From contig CAZIMB010000001.1 of the NCBI GenBank assembly GCA_964540275.1, forward strand, positions 27,210 to 91,209: DNA of 64,000 nt. The letters are read 5' to 3'. The notes beneath the pieces were generated by a model. The model had not been told where the DNA came from and searched no databases. It was given only the letters and a program-made list of their open reading frames with translations. The stretch is from an uncultured Nitrospirota bacterium. GTDB lineage: Bacteria > Nitrospirota > Thermodesulfovibrionia > Thermodesulfovibrionales > Dissulfurispiraceae. Below, piece by piece: positions 30,401-37,540 of the stretch. How positions within the stretch are numbered: position 1 is the stretch's first letter; every line of letters begins with the position of its first letter. The position numbers and the translations under genes were made by a program.

Positions 30401-30532
30401 GGCAAGAACATTTTTAAGCTGAGACCTTTCTATTTCTGGAAATATCAAAAATTGGGAAAGTCTTTTTGTAAGCTCAAAGGTTTTTCCAGCCCCTGCCGAT
30501 GCCCTAAGTATATAAAAATGGGGGAAATTCAT
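27479..30532 (-). CDS. addA: AddA-like UvrD/Rep-family helicase with C-terminal RecB-type nuclease domain
   Basis: Walker A ASAGAGKTF, helicase motif IDEFQDTSPIQW, later VCLTRAK, C-terminal nuclease LRFDRLIIDKREVIVVDFKTG...QLKEY. Confidence 0.8.
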   Translation of the reverse strand: MNFPHFYILRASAGAGKTFELTKRLSQFLIFPEIERSQLKNVLAITFSNMATKEMKERTLLWLKGLALEDSKTIELFSDTLENVNDTIFKKKNIFDSKKISSLANGLLSQILVHYNDLQIKTIDSFTASIFSSCALDFGYYGDFDILMNNERFLKRSFDIFLNQRIVDKSIDDRILDTIEEIISNSTSSGFFKWDIKNEITKYFLEIYKLITSTGIELYEDIKDTNEIIKNIRERYQKIDRLIDSYGLVRSPRSGFLKLKKIIENENWNDLITLPVKLCPVNKHKNKCHEYEEVEREWKELVSYIGEFSLAYSRNYYTKFVSLFNDFKKLLEDEKIKESVIFIEDINKLLSDRITKDNPPEIYFLLGETVYHYFIDEFQDTSPIQWQCLKPLLENALSNGGSVLIVGDTKQAIYGFRNADWLIMKGLIDLKETFDSTNTLVYELDENFRSCRNILEFNEKVFKKNLYLDDEFGEIGKKIGHTTYNQKPRENNNSGYVYCELIEKNDESDLKDSIFLKLREIISDLLSRNFTYKDIAILTKKNNDVVEVAQWLVSNNIPAISYSSLDIRKRPIIIDIISLLSFLNSPLSNIDFVAFLQSEIFLKNSGISISQIRNFLFQNREESHLYVAFRREFGDIWNNFFEDIFSRVGYLPIYDLICNIYQTFNLLEYFPEDAASLIRLLEVIKDFEGNQFNNLTAFLKEIEESEEDIWDIRFPENLDAIKIMTIHKSKGLGFPAVIALIYEDSSKNDSLWIPREGEKRLVKITANLSEKADLLKKWYKEKKDFNKANALNSLYVCLTRAKNELYVIGIKKNKKLSFPLTLIPFEVKEMGEKSKLKDDDKKSVEIMPLYIKSNNEPRYLLEYQRYINTKETKRGDLIHAVLKSIKFYDNNTASIIKEEIERLKKLNPFDFDIKADEIINFIKRPEILQFFKKRDDREVFNELEFVNKRGDLLRFDRLIIDKREVIVVDFKTGEERNEHYLRQLKEYLEVAKDIWIDKDIRGFIIYFDSQEVSEVLL

Positions 30533-30550
30533 GATAATCTGTAAATTTTA

Positions 30551-30637
30551 TGATATATAGCTATCTTTTCATTTACATGTATTTTTTAAAGGATTTGATT
30601 TACCATACCTGCTTTGCCTAATTAAGGATTAGGGACA
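30551..30637 (+). repeat. Intergenic repeat element, copy C (right half only)
   Basis: TGATATATAGCTATCTTTTCAT...TTTTTAAAGGATTTGATTTACCATACCTGCTTTGCCTAATTAAGGATTAGGGACAG. 27/32 identity with copy A over the CAT..GGATTAG core. Its CCTGCTTTGCC is the exact complement of the copy A left arm GGCAAAGCAGG. Confidence 0.65.
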
Positions 30638-30657
30638 GAAATGTTTGATAAAGATCC

Positions 30658-33657
30658 TTAGAGAATAACCTCAAAACTTTTTTCTCTATCCCCTATTAAA
30701 AAGAGCCTTCTTAATACCCTAACTTTTACCTTATCACCCTTTTGTTTAAAAAAGAGATGAATTCTAATATCATCAATACTGCTGACAGATATATCATCAA
30801 GGGCTAATATTACATCCCCTTTCTTTAAACCTGCCATCTCAGATACACTACCTGGAGTAAAACCCTCAATTTTAACCTTTCCATCGGTCTCCTTTAAAGT
30901 AACCATAAGTTTAGGTGAAACAAATCCATCAAGGGGTTTTGGAAAAACAATGAAATTGGATACACTTGTTTTTATCTCCTCATCATTTAGCACTATAGAG
31001 TATTCATAACCATTCCTTCTGAATGTCCTTTGTGGTATCCCATAACCATATATCAAATGGCCACTACCAACAATAACAATCATTTGATAATCTGGTTTTT
31101 CCCTCAAGAATTCATCTATTGATAATGACATAGTCTCATCCCATAAAACCTGTGATTGGTAGAAGAAGTCAAAATTTTTATGGTTTGGGTGTTGATCAAA
31201 GATGTCCTTTAAAAATTTTCTATAATTTTCATCTGTAAAATCGATCTGGGAAGGTATTTCCTTTTTTTCCTCTTCTGAAAGAGAATCTATACCTTGAGAT
31301 GAAACCTTGTCTATAATTTCCCTTTTTATATTTAGGGCTATAACAGGTATCTTCTCTTTCCTTGCAAAATCCATAATTGGCTTATAAAGGTTGTAATCAA
31401 ATCCCCATCTCTTAAAATATTCTGTCCTCCTTAAAAACTCCCTCTCATCAATAACCCCGTTTATATAATCATCAATAAACCTCTGAAAGGGTCTCTGAAA
31501 CATCTCCATACCAATTGCTATTTTTTTATTATACCTGTAAAGCCTTTTAATAATTTGCATTTGGACATTATGATGAGAGAATTTATCATGGGATTCGCCA
31601 ATATAAATAATCTTTTTTGTTAACAATGACTCTATTAGGTCAGGTAGTGGTTTAATTGATGAAGTCTCTATAAATAAAGGAAAATCCATAATTTCTTTCC
31701 TTAAACCTCTTTGTGCTTCATGTGTTTTTTTAAGTATATTTTTTCCTTTATCAAAAGATACAACGCTGTATTTGCCATAATGGATTATCTTTTTATAGGC
31801 TAAATCTACCTCTTCTTTTGAATTTCCATTGATTATGCCTACACCTTTTTTATAATTCCATGGATTTCTTTTAACTATTACACTAAATCCACCTTCTATA
31901 GGATCATATCTTCCAAATAGACTTTCTATTAGAGGATTATTACCACCTAAAATTACTAACGATGAGCTCTTTAAATCAATATTCTTAATATCCTTATGCT
32001 CTTTTAGTTCACAATTTTTCTTCCTATAGGAATTGATAATATCTTCATAAAATTCAATGTTCGTAACAGGCAGGGCTATAATTGGACACTCCTCACCTAT
32101 AATCATTCCAATAACAGGCTGGAGTTCATCCGGTGATAATCTTCTGAATATATCATAATTTTCATCAATTACGAGCAAATTGGGCTCGCTTTCAAGTAGC
32201 AATTCAACTCTCTTTCGCTCACCATCTAAGGTTATTATTTTTTCTGTCTTTTCTTTGTCTAAATAATATATAGTTAAAGGAATTTCTAATAAATATGACT
32301 TATTCTTTTGAATGATATCGAAACTTAATTCAAAATTGCTCCCCCTAGCCTTAATAGTTACATTTTCTATTTCTATTTCAGGAATCCCTTTCTCATCTAT
32401 CCATTGAGTGAAAAAATTAGTAAGATCCTTTCCTGAATTCTTCTCAAATATAACCTTAATATCATTCCATGAGGCCCTCTGAAGTTTTTTTTCAGAAATA
32501 ATATCCCCTATTGATTTATAAAAAAGGTCTTCTCCAACCATTTTTCTAAGCATATGGAATACCATTGATGACTTTCCATATCCAATAGCCTTTGTTAGAA
32601 AATCTGTTCTTGAAATAAAGTCTTTAAGGGCAATTTCCTTATCCTCGATAACATAACTCTCATAGTCTGTAATTAGCTTTTTTCTATATTCCCATCCCCT
32701 ACCCTTTTGATCTTCATAGAGATGGTCAGCCAAATATGTAGTGAGGCCCTCTGCCCAGTTACCTTTTTTATAATCAATATAAACATAGTTGCCAAACCAC
32801 TGATGAAGTATCTCATGGCCTAAGGATGTCTCTACAATAAAGGGAAGTTTTACAACATCCTGTCCCAACACAGTGTAGGTAGGCATTGAATAGCCTGTAG
32901 GTAGAAAGTTTTCTACAATTGAAAACCTGTTAAATGGAAATTTACCGAGCATTTTTTCATAAAGAAGAAGATATTTTTTTGTGTAATCAAGATACTTTCT
33001 TGCTAATTCAATATCTTCAGGAAAGAAATAGGCATATAAATCTATGCCATTAAAACTGTCTTTTATAATTTCATATCTGTTCGTAGCAGTAAATGTTATG
33101 TTATCAACAGGTTTGAAAAACTCAAAAATAAATTCCGTCTCATTATTTCTATTAATTTTTCTAATATGTTCTGCCTCTGAAATAGCTTCAAAGTTTTTTG
33201 GAAGCACTGCCTGTAGTTTATAGACCGTTAACCCTTCTAATTGTTGTGGATACCAAATGCCTGTTAAGAAAATACCTTTTTCATTGATTGTATTCTGAAT
33301 TGCACCATAATTTTTATCAGAATTCTGTTTATATGCAAAAATGCCCTCATATTTTATATTTAAAGTGCCATCCTCTTTGGGCAACATCTTTAATTTACCA
33401 TCCTGAATTTTATACTCTGTTTTCTTTTCATTCAGAGTTATATCTTTTATAATAAGATTGCCTACATATAAGGTTATTTCCTTGTTTGCATATACATTAA
33501 TATTAGAATCTCCATATATCTTTGAGTTATTTAAATCGAAGGAGACCTTTAAATCATAGGATATTTTAAGATCTCTATGATCTGCACATGCATGGGATGA
33601 AAGCATTGTCGTAATGAATATTAAAATAACTAATAGCTTCATTTTTTTATTATACAC
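30658..33657 (-). CDS. Secreted multidomain protein: M1-family zinc aminopeptidase + ChaN/Tiki-superfamily (DUF399-like) domain + C-terminal PDZ
   Basis: Signal-like N-terminus. Gluzincin motif HEILHQWFG-x-...-WAE (HExxH-x18-E). Central block KIIYIGESHDKFSHHNVQMQIIKRL...IAIGMEMFQRPFQ is typical of ChaN-like proteins. C-terminal PDZ pattern GSVSEMAGLKKGDVILALDDISV. Confidence 0.7.
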   Translation of the reverse strand: MYNKKMKLLVILIFITTMLSSHACADHRDLKISYDLKVSFDLNNSKIYGDSNINVYANKEITLYVGNLIIKDITLNEKKTEYKIQDGKLKMLPKEDGTLNIKYEGIFAYKQNSDKNYGAIQNTINEKGIFLTGIWYPQQLEGLTVYKLQAVLPKNFEAISEAEHIRKINRNNETEFIFEFFKPVDNITFTATNRYEIIKDSFNGIDLYAYFFPEDIELARKYLDYTKKYLLLYEKMLGKFPFNRFSIVENFLPTGYSMPTYTVLGQDVVKLPFIVETSLGHEILHQWFGNYVYIDYKKGNWAEGLTTYLADHLYEDQKGRGWEYRKKLITDYESYVIEDKEIALKDFISRTDFLTKAIGYGKSSMVFHMLRKMVGEDLFYKSIGDIISEKKLQRASWNDIKVIFEKNSGKDLTNFFTQWIDEKGIPEIEIENVTIKARGSNFELSFDIIQKNKSYLLEIPLTIYYLDKEKTEKIITLDGERKRVELLLESEPNLLVIDENYDIFRRLSPDELQPVIGMIIGEECPIIALPVTNIEFYEDIINSYRKKNCELKEHKDIKNIDLKSSSLVILGGNNPLIESLFGRYDPIEGGFSVIVKRNPWNYKKGVGIINGNSKEEVDLAYKKIIHYGKYSVVSFDKGKNILKKTHEAQRGLRKEIMDFPLFIETSSIKPLPDLIESLLTKKIIYIGESHDKFSHHNVQMQIIKRLYRYNKKIAIGMEMFQRPFQRFIDDYINGVIDEREFLRRTEYFKRWGFDYNLYKPIMDFARKEKIPVIALNIKREIIDKVSSQGIDSLSEEEKKEIPSQIDFTDENYRKFLKDIFDQHPNHKNFDFFYQSQVLWDETMSLSIDEFLREKPDYQMIVIVGSGHLIYGYGIPQRTFRRNGYEYSIVLNDEEIKTSVSNFIVFPKPLDGFVSPKLMVTLKETDGKVKIEGFTPGSVSEMAGLKKGDVILALDDISVSSIDDIRIHLFFKQKGDKVKVRVLRRLFLIGDREKSFEVIL

Positions 33658-33702
33658 TTTTTGATATACTATATTCTAAAGTGTTGTAGAAATTGGAGCA
33701 GG

Positions 33703-33978
33703 ATGACCAAAAGTCAGAATACACAAATAAAACCTTTGCCATTTGGAATATCCCTCGGATTGGTCTGGGGCGCTCTCTTGTTTATTACCACCTTAATTTC
33801 TTATTACACTAGCTATGCTAACTTATTTCTCAAAGTTTTAGCAGAGTCAATATATCCTGGATATTCAATATCACCTATAGGAAGTATTTTAGGGTTTATC
33901 TATGGGTTTCTTGATGGATTCATTTGTGGCACTGCTATCATCTTTATCTATAATAAACTTGTAAGTGCTAATAAATGA
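33703..33978 (+). CDS. Small integral membrane protein (about 91 aa, 2-3 TM segments), function unknown
   Basis: ORF 33661.. trimmed to the ATG preceded by GGAGCAGG. Hydrophobic segments FGISLGLVWGALLFITTLI and GSILGFIYGFLDGFICGTAIIFIY. Confidence 0.5.
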   Translation: MTKSQNTQIKPLPFGISLGLVWGALLFITTLISYYTSYANLFLKVLAESIYPGYSISPIGSILGFIYGFLDGFICGTAIIFIYNKLVSANK

Positions 33979-34450
33979 ATAATAAAACCTATAAATCCAT
34001 TCTTATTTTTATCTTCCTCTTATCTGTATTTCTACTCTCTATAATTAAGATTAATGATACAGATGCATGGCTTCATCTAAGTATGGGCAAGATAATATGG
34101 GAAAAAAGAGGTATGCCTGATAATGAGCCATATCTATTTACAGTGCAGGATGAACCTTTTGTGTATAGTTCATGGTTTTTGGTGTTATATACTATCTTGT
34201 TTACAAATTGTTCAATTAAGATAGAATAATTTTGTTTAAGGCGGCTACTATAATATATATATTGGAAAAAAATGCACGAACATTAATATATAATTATAAA
34301 GGAGATAAAAAGAAGGCTATAAAATATCTTGAAAAAACTATTGAAATGGATTCAAGCCTTATTAATGCAAGAAATATGCTAATCCAACTCTATCACGAGG
34401 TTGGAAGAAGTAAAGATGCTCAAAAATTAAGACAAGGGGTTCTACAATGA
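33975..34450 (+). pseudogene. Remnant of a large membrane protein with C-terminal TPR (N-terminal 84 aa piece plus C-terminal 72 aa TPR piece)
   Basis: ORF 33975..34229 has a TM helix plus DTDAWLHLSMGKIIWEKRGMPDNEPYLFT, the kind of N-terminus seen in GT39/PMT-like, TPR-tailed membrane proteins. A stop follows. ORF 34232..34450 is a single TPR-like unit (KAIKYLEKTIEMDSSLINARNMLIQLY) whose stop overlaps the next gene start (ATGA). Confidence 0.4.
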
Positions 34451-35571
34451 ATAAGTCAATAGTATATTTTGCATCTTCAAGGGTCAAAAAATGGAAATAT
34501 GAGGAAAGTATGCCGGGTAAACTTGATAGGCTTCTTAAAAAAATAGATTTATCAAGATATTTTGAAAAAAAAGAGTGGGTAGCAATAAAAACCCATTTTG
34601 GATCTGAGGGGGCTCATAGAATTGTAAGACCTGTCTTTATAAGAAAGATAGTAGATGAATTAAAGGCTATAGGTGCTAAACCATTTGTAACCGATACAGT
34701 AAGGATAAAGGGATTAGATTATCTTGAGGTGGCCAATCAGAACGGTATAAATCATCTTTCTGTTGGTGCTCCTGTTGTACTTGCAGACGGTCTATACGGC
34801 AATGACAATATTCTTGTAAAGGCAGGTCCATTACTTGGTGAGATTGCTGTTGCATCGGTTATTTATGATGTAACAGCTATGGTTGTATGCAGTCATGTGA
34901 AAGGACACATAAATGCTGGTTATGGAGGGGCAATCAAAAATATTGCCATGGGAGCTGTTAGTGGAAGTCATAGACATTGTGGCTGGAAATGTGGCAGGGG
35001 ATCAATGCATGCCATTGGAGAGGGAGAGCTTGTGTGGGATGAAGAAAAATGTGCATTTTGTTACCAGTGTGTAGAGATTTGTCCACTTGAATGCATAAAT
35101 ATCAAGGACAATAAACTAACATATAATGATGAAAAATGCTGGAGATGCGGAAGATGCACAAGGGTATGTCCTGAGGGAGCATTAACCATGCCTGGTGATG
35201 ATGATTTATTTATGAAATCCTTAGCAGAGGCAGCAAAGGCTGTTTTGAGCACATTTAAATCTAAAAAGGTTATATATATAAACTTTTTAACAGAAATACA
35301 GCCAGAGTGTGATTGTATGCCTGCTGCGGATGTTCCTGTTATACAGGATATTGGGATACTAGTCTCTGATGATATAGTTGCCATTGAAAAGGCTTCCATT
35401 GATATGCTTTTAAAGGAAACACCACTGCCTCAATCCCTTGCTCAAGATGCAGGCATTAAGAAAGGTGATGACATCCTTTATGAGCTTCATAAAAAAAAAT
35501 ATTTAAACCAAATTTATGAGGCAGAAAGAATTGATCTTGGGAATATAAACTATGAATTAATAGAAATATAA
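34447..35571 (+). CDS. DUF362-domain protein with two 4Fe-4S ferredoxin motifs
   Basis: N-terminal DUF362-like VAIKTHFGSEG...PFVTDT. Cluster motifs CAFCYQCVEICP and CWRCGRCTRVCP. Confidence 0.75.
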   Translation: MNKSIVYFASSRVKKWKYEESMPGKLDRLLKKIDLSRYFEKKEWVAIKTHFGSEGAHRIVRPVFIRKIVDELKAIGAKPFVTDTVRIKGLDYLEVANQNGINHLSVGAPVVLADGLYGNDNILVKAGPLLGEIAVASVIYDVTAMVVCSHVKGHINAGYGGAIKNIAMGAVSGSHRHCGWKCGRGSMHAIGEGELVWDEEKCAFCYQCVEICPLECINIKDNKLTYNDEKCWRCGRCTRVCPEGALTMPGDDDLFMKSLAEAAKAVLSTFKSKKVIYINFLTEIQPECDCMPAADVPVIQDIGILVSDDIVAIEKASIDMLLKETPLPQSLAQDAGIKKGDDILYELHKKKYLNQIYEAERIDLGNINYELIEI

Positions 35572-35577
35572 AAAAAT

Positions 35578-35604
35578 GCTGCTACTATCAGAAATAGTAG
35601 CAGC
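35578..35604. terminator. 10-bp stem-loop between convergent genes (possible bidirectional terminator)
   Basis: GCTGCTACTA (35578-35587) / TAGTAGCAGC (35595-35604), 7-nt loop. On the minus strand a T-run follows it (plus-strand AAAAAAT at 35571-35577). On the plus strand the downstream tract is T-poor. Confidence 0.5.
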
Positions 35605-35700
35605 TTAGGGGAGGTAACGAGGCGTAATTTTTTTATATCACAGTAGAGAAAAAAATGTCAATCTAAAATTTTAACTAACTTATTAATTCTAATAATAGAA

Positions 35701-36867
35701 TTAACCCTGCAATTCAAGTATAAAGCATTTAAGATATTCTGTCTCGGGAACAGAAAGAAGGACAGGGTGATCCCTGCCCTGGGAGCGATATTCAATGACC
35801 CTAATATCCTTCTTTGAATCTTTTGCGGAACTACGAAGCATTTCACTGAAAATGTTTTTATCAATATGATAAGAACAGGATGATGTAGCAATGATTCCAT
35901 TATCCTTAATAAGCCTCATAGCCATGGAATTTATTTCCCTATATCCTCTTATCGCCTCTTTAATTTTTTGTCTACTTTTTACAAAGGCTGGTGGATCAAG
36001 TATTATAAAATCATAAAGACTTCTATTATCTATCTCTTTTTTAAGAAAAGAAAAAACATCCTCTTTTACAAAATTACATCTGTCTATGAGGTTATTTAAT
36101 ATGGCATTTTTTTTAGCCATGGTTAATGAAAAATCAGACTCATCAACAAAGGTAACATATGCCCCATTTTTAACTAGTTGTAAACCCCATGCCCCGGAAT
36201 AACAAAATAGATCAAGCCCCCTACCCTTTTTTATATATTTCCCCAAGGCAATTCTATTCTCTCTTTGATCAAGAAAAAAACCTGTCTTCTGCCCATGAAA
36301 AGGATCTACTTCAAAAAAGAGGTCTCCTTCCCTAATAATTGGCAAAACCTCAAGTTTTCCTTTAATTATTTTTTTTTCCATGGGAAGTCCTTCAAGGATT
36401 CTGGTAGGGGAGTCATTTCTGACAATAATAACATTCGGAGAAAATATCTCATCAAGTATATCAATAATTGTTTGCGCTAGTCTTTCCATTCCAAAGGTTA
36501 GAATCTGGATTACAAGACAATCTGCATACTTATCCACAATGACGCCAGGTAAAAAATCACCCTCACTGTAAATAACTCTAAAAGAATTATTATCAAGTAG
36601 TAACCTTTCTCTATATTTAAGTGCATTTCTTATCCTTTTATAGAAAAAATCACTATTAATGGGTTCCTTTTTCTTTGTTAGAAGTCTAATTGATATAAGA
36701 GAATGTGGATTAATATAGCCTATGCCTAAAAATTCCTTTGTCTTAGAATAAATCTCAACGAGATCGCCCTGTGAATAATCCTTAAGCCTGCTATATATTT
36801 CATTAGAAAATATCCATAAATGACCGCTACGCAATCTGCTTGTACGATTTAAATAAACCTTTTCCAT
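35701..36867 (-). CDS. rlmI: Class I SAM-dependent rRNA methyltransferase, RlmI-like (PUA + MTase)
   Basis: N-terminal RSGHLWIFSNEI (PUA-like), SAM-binding LDLFCYSGAWG, DPPAF motif ILDPPAFV. Confidence 0.8.
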   Translation of the reverse strand: MEKVYLNRTSRLRSGHLWIFSNEIYSRLKDYSQGDLVEIYSKTKEFLGIGYINPHSLISIRLLTKKKEPINSDFFYKRIRNALKYRERLLLDNNSFRVIYSEGDFLPGVIVDKYADCLVIQILTFGMERLAQTIIDILDEIFSPNVIIVRNDSPTRILEGLPMEKKIIKGKLEVLPIIREGDLFFEVDPFHGQKTGFFLDQRENRIALGKYIKKGRGLDLFCYSGAWGLQLVKNGAYVTFVDESDFSLTMAKKNAILNNLIDRCNFVKEDVFSFLKKEIDNRSLYDFIILDPPAFVKSRQKIKEAIRGYREINSMAMRLIKDNGIIATSSCSYHIDKNIFSEMLRSSAKDSKKDIRVIEYRSQGRDHPVLLSVPETEYLKCFILELQG

Positions 36868-36883
36868 ATTAAAATTATAACAT

Positions 36884-36950
36884 CAGAGTAGATATCATTA
36901 CTAAACAATAATTTGTAAGAAACATTAACTTAATCACAGATTAGGGTCCT
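36884..36950 (+). repeat. Intergenic repeat element, copy D (termini only, internally deleted)
   Basis: CAGAGTAGATATCATTACTAAACAATAATTTGTAAGAAACATT (left end, compare copy B GATAGATCATTAGTACAATTCGTAAAGAAATATT) is joined directly to AACTTAATCACAGATTAGGGTCC (right end, compare copy C CCTAATTAAGGATTAGGGACAG). Confidence 0.5.
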
Positions 36951-37032
36951 TACAAAAAATTTCATTGATTTATATTTTTAATATTGCTTATATCAACTGT
37001 TTTTTGTTATAAATATATTAAGATAATATTTT

Positions 37033-37212
37033 GCCTGCCCTGCTCGTGGTTAGGTGGAAGTGTTGATCCTGCAAATCAGATATTTTGGGAGTCAGCGTAA
37101 GGAAAACGGTGTGCAGGCCTCTCTTAGAAGAGGAAGCCTAAGTTTCCTTCAAGACACCCACCTGTCAAAACAGGGATCTGATTTTTCATCTACACGGCTG
37201 GGCGGGTTTTTT
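37033..37212 (+). ncRNA. Candidate structured sRNA of about 180 nt with a rod-like fold (6S-RNA-like architecture; family not confirmed)
   Basis: The only GC-rich island in a 670-bp AT-rich intergenic region. A hand fold gives nested helices: 34-48/193-206 (13 bp), 51-57/186-192, 73-81/176-184 (9 bp, perfect), 87-93/153-159, 99-105/143-149, an apical hairpin at 118-122/129-133, and a side hairpin at 161-174. There is a 15-nt asymmetric loop at 58-72. It ends in T6 (37207-37212). G-U pairs (36:204, 54:189, 57:186) only work on the plus strand. A -10-like GATAAT sits at 37022-37027. Confidence 0.55.
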
Positions 37213-37540
37213 GATGACAATGGATAGCTGGAATTTAATAAATATATTATAAAATAGAATCTCAGGGAGTTTATAATTTAAGGATAGATAAATGCCTTTT
37301 ATATATAATATCTAAGATACTTATAGTATAATCCCTGTTATTTTCTTGCCTTTTATTACCTGTCTATCTCATTGTCATCACAAAAAACATTTAAACTAAG
37401 GCAACTATAAACAATTTTTTCTTTCTCATTGAAGAGGGTAATAATTCAAAAGCTGATAATTCTCCATAGGCCTAAGAGACTAATTACCCATTTATAATGG
37501 GAAAGCAATTAAATACAAACAATTAGGAGGGAAGAGCCCA

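Noticed and set aside
24711-30532. Considered whether the UvrD-like helicase and PD-(D/E)XK nuclease pair is an anti-phage defence module (Gabija/Hachiman-like).
   Set aside because: Sizes, motif order (helicase plus C-terminal RecB nuclease; partner with C-terminal nuclease and Fe-S Cys cluster) and the 4-nt coupling fit AddAB/RexAB recombination enzymes. There is no ATPase-TOPRIM or other defence partner, and the neighbours are tRNA-modification housekeeping genes.
37033-37212. Tested the structured RNA against SRP (4.5S) RNA, RNase P RNA, tmRNA and a riboswitch/attenuator for rny.
   Set aside because: It has no GGAA tetraloop with flanking AGCA/GGA symmetric-loop motifs (SRP). It has no GAGGAAAGUCC or ACAGAA..GGCUUA blocks, and it is far too short for RNase P. 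It has no tRNA-like acceptor end or tag ORF (tmRNA). It ends in its own T-tract 330 nt before the rny start, so a simple attenuator is unlikely. It is kept as an unassigned 6S-like candidate.
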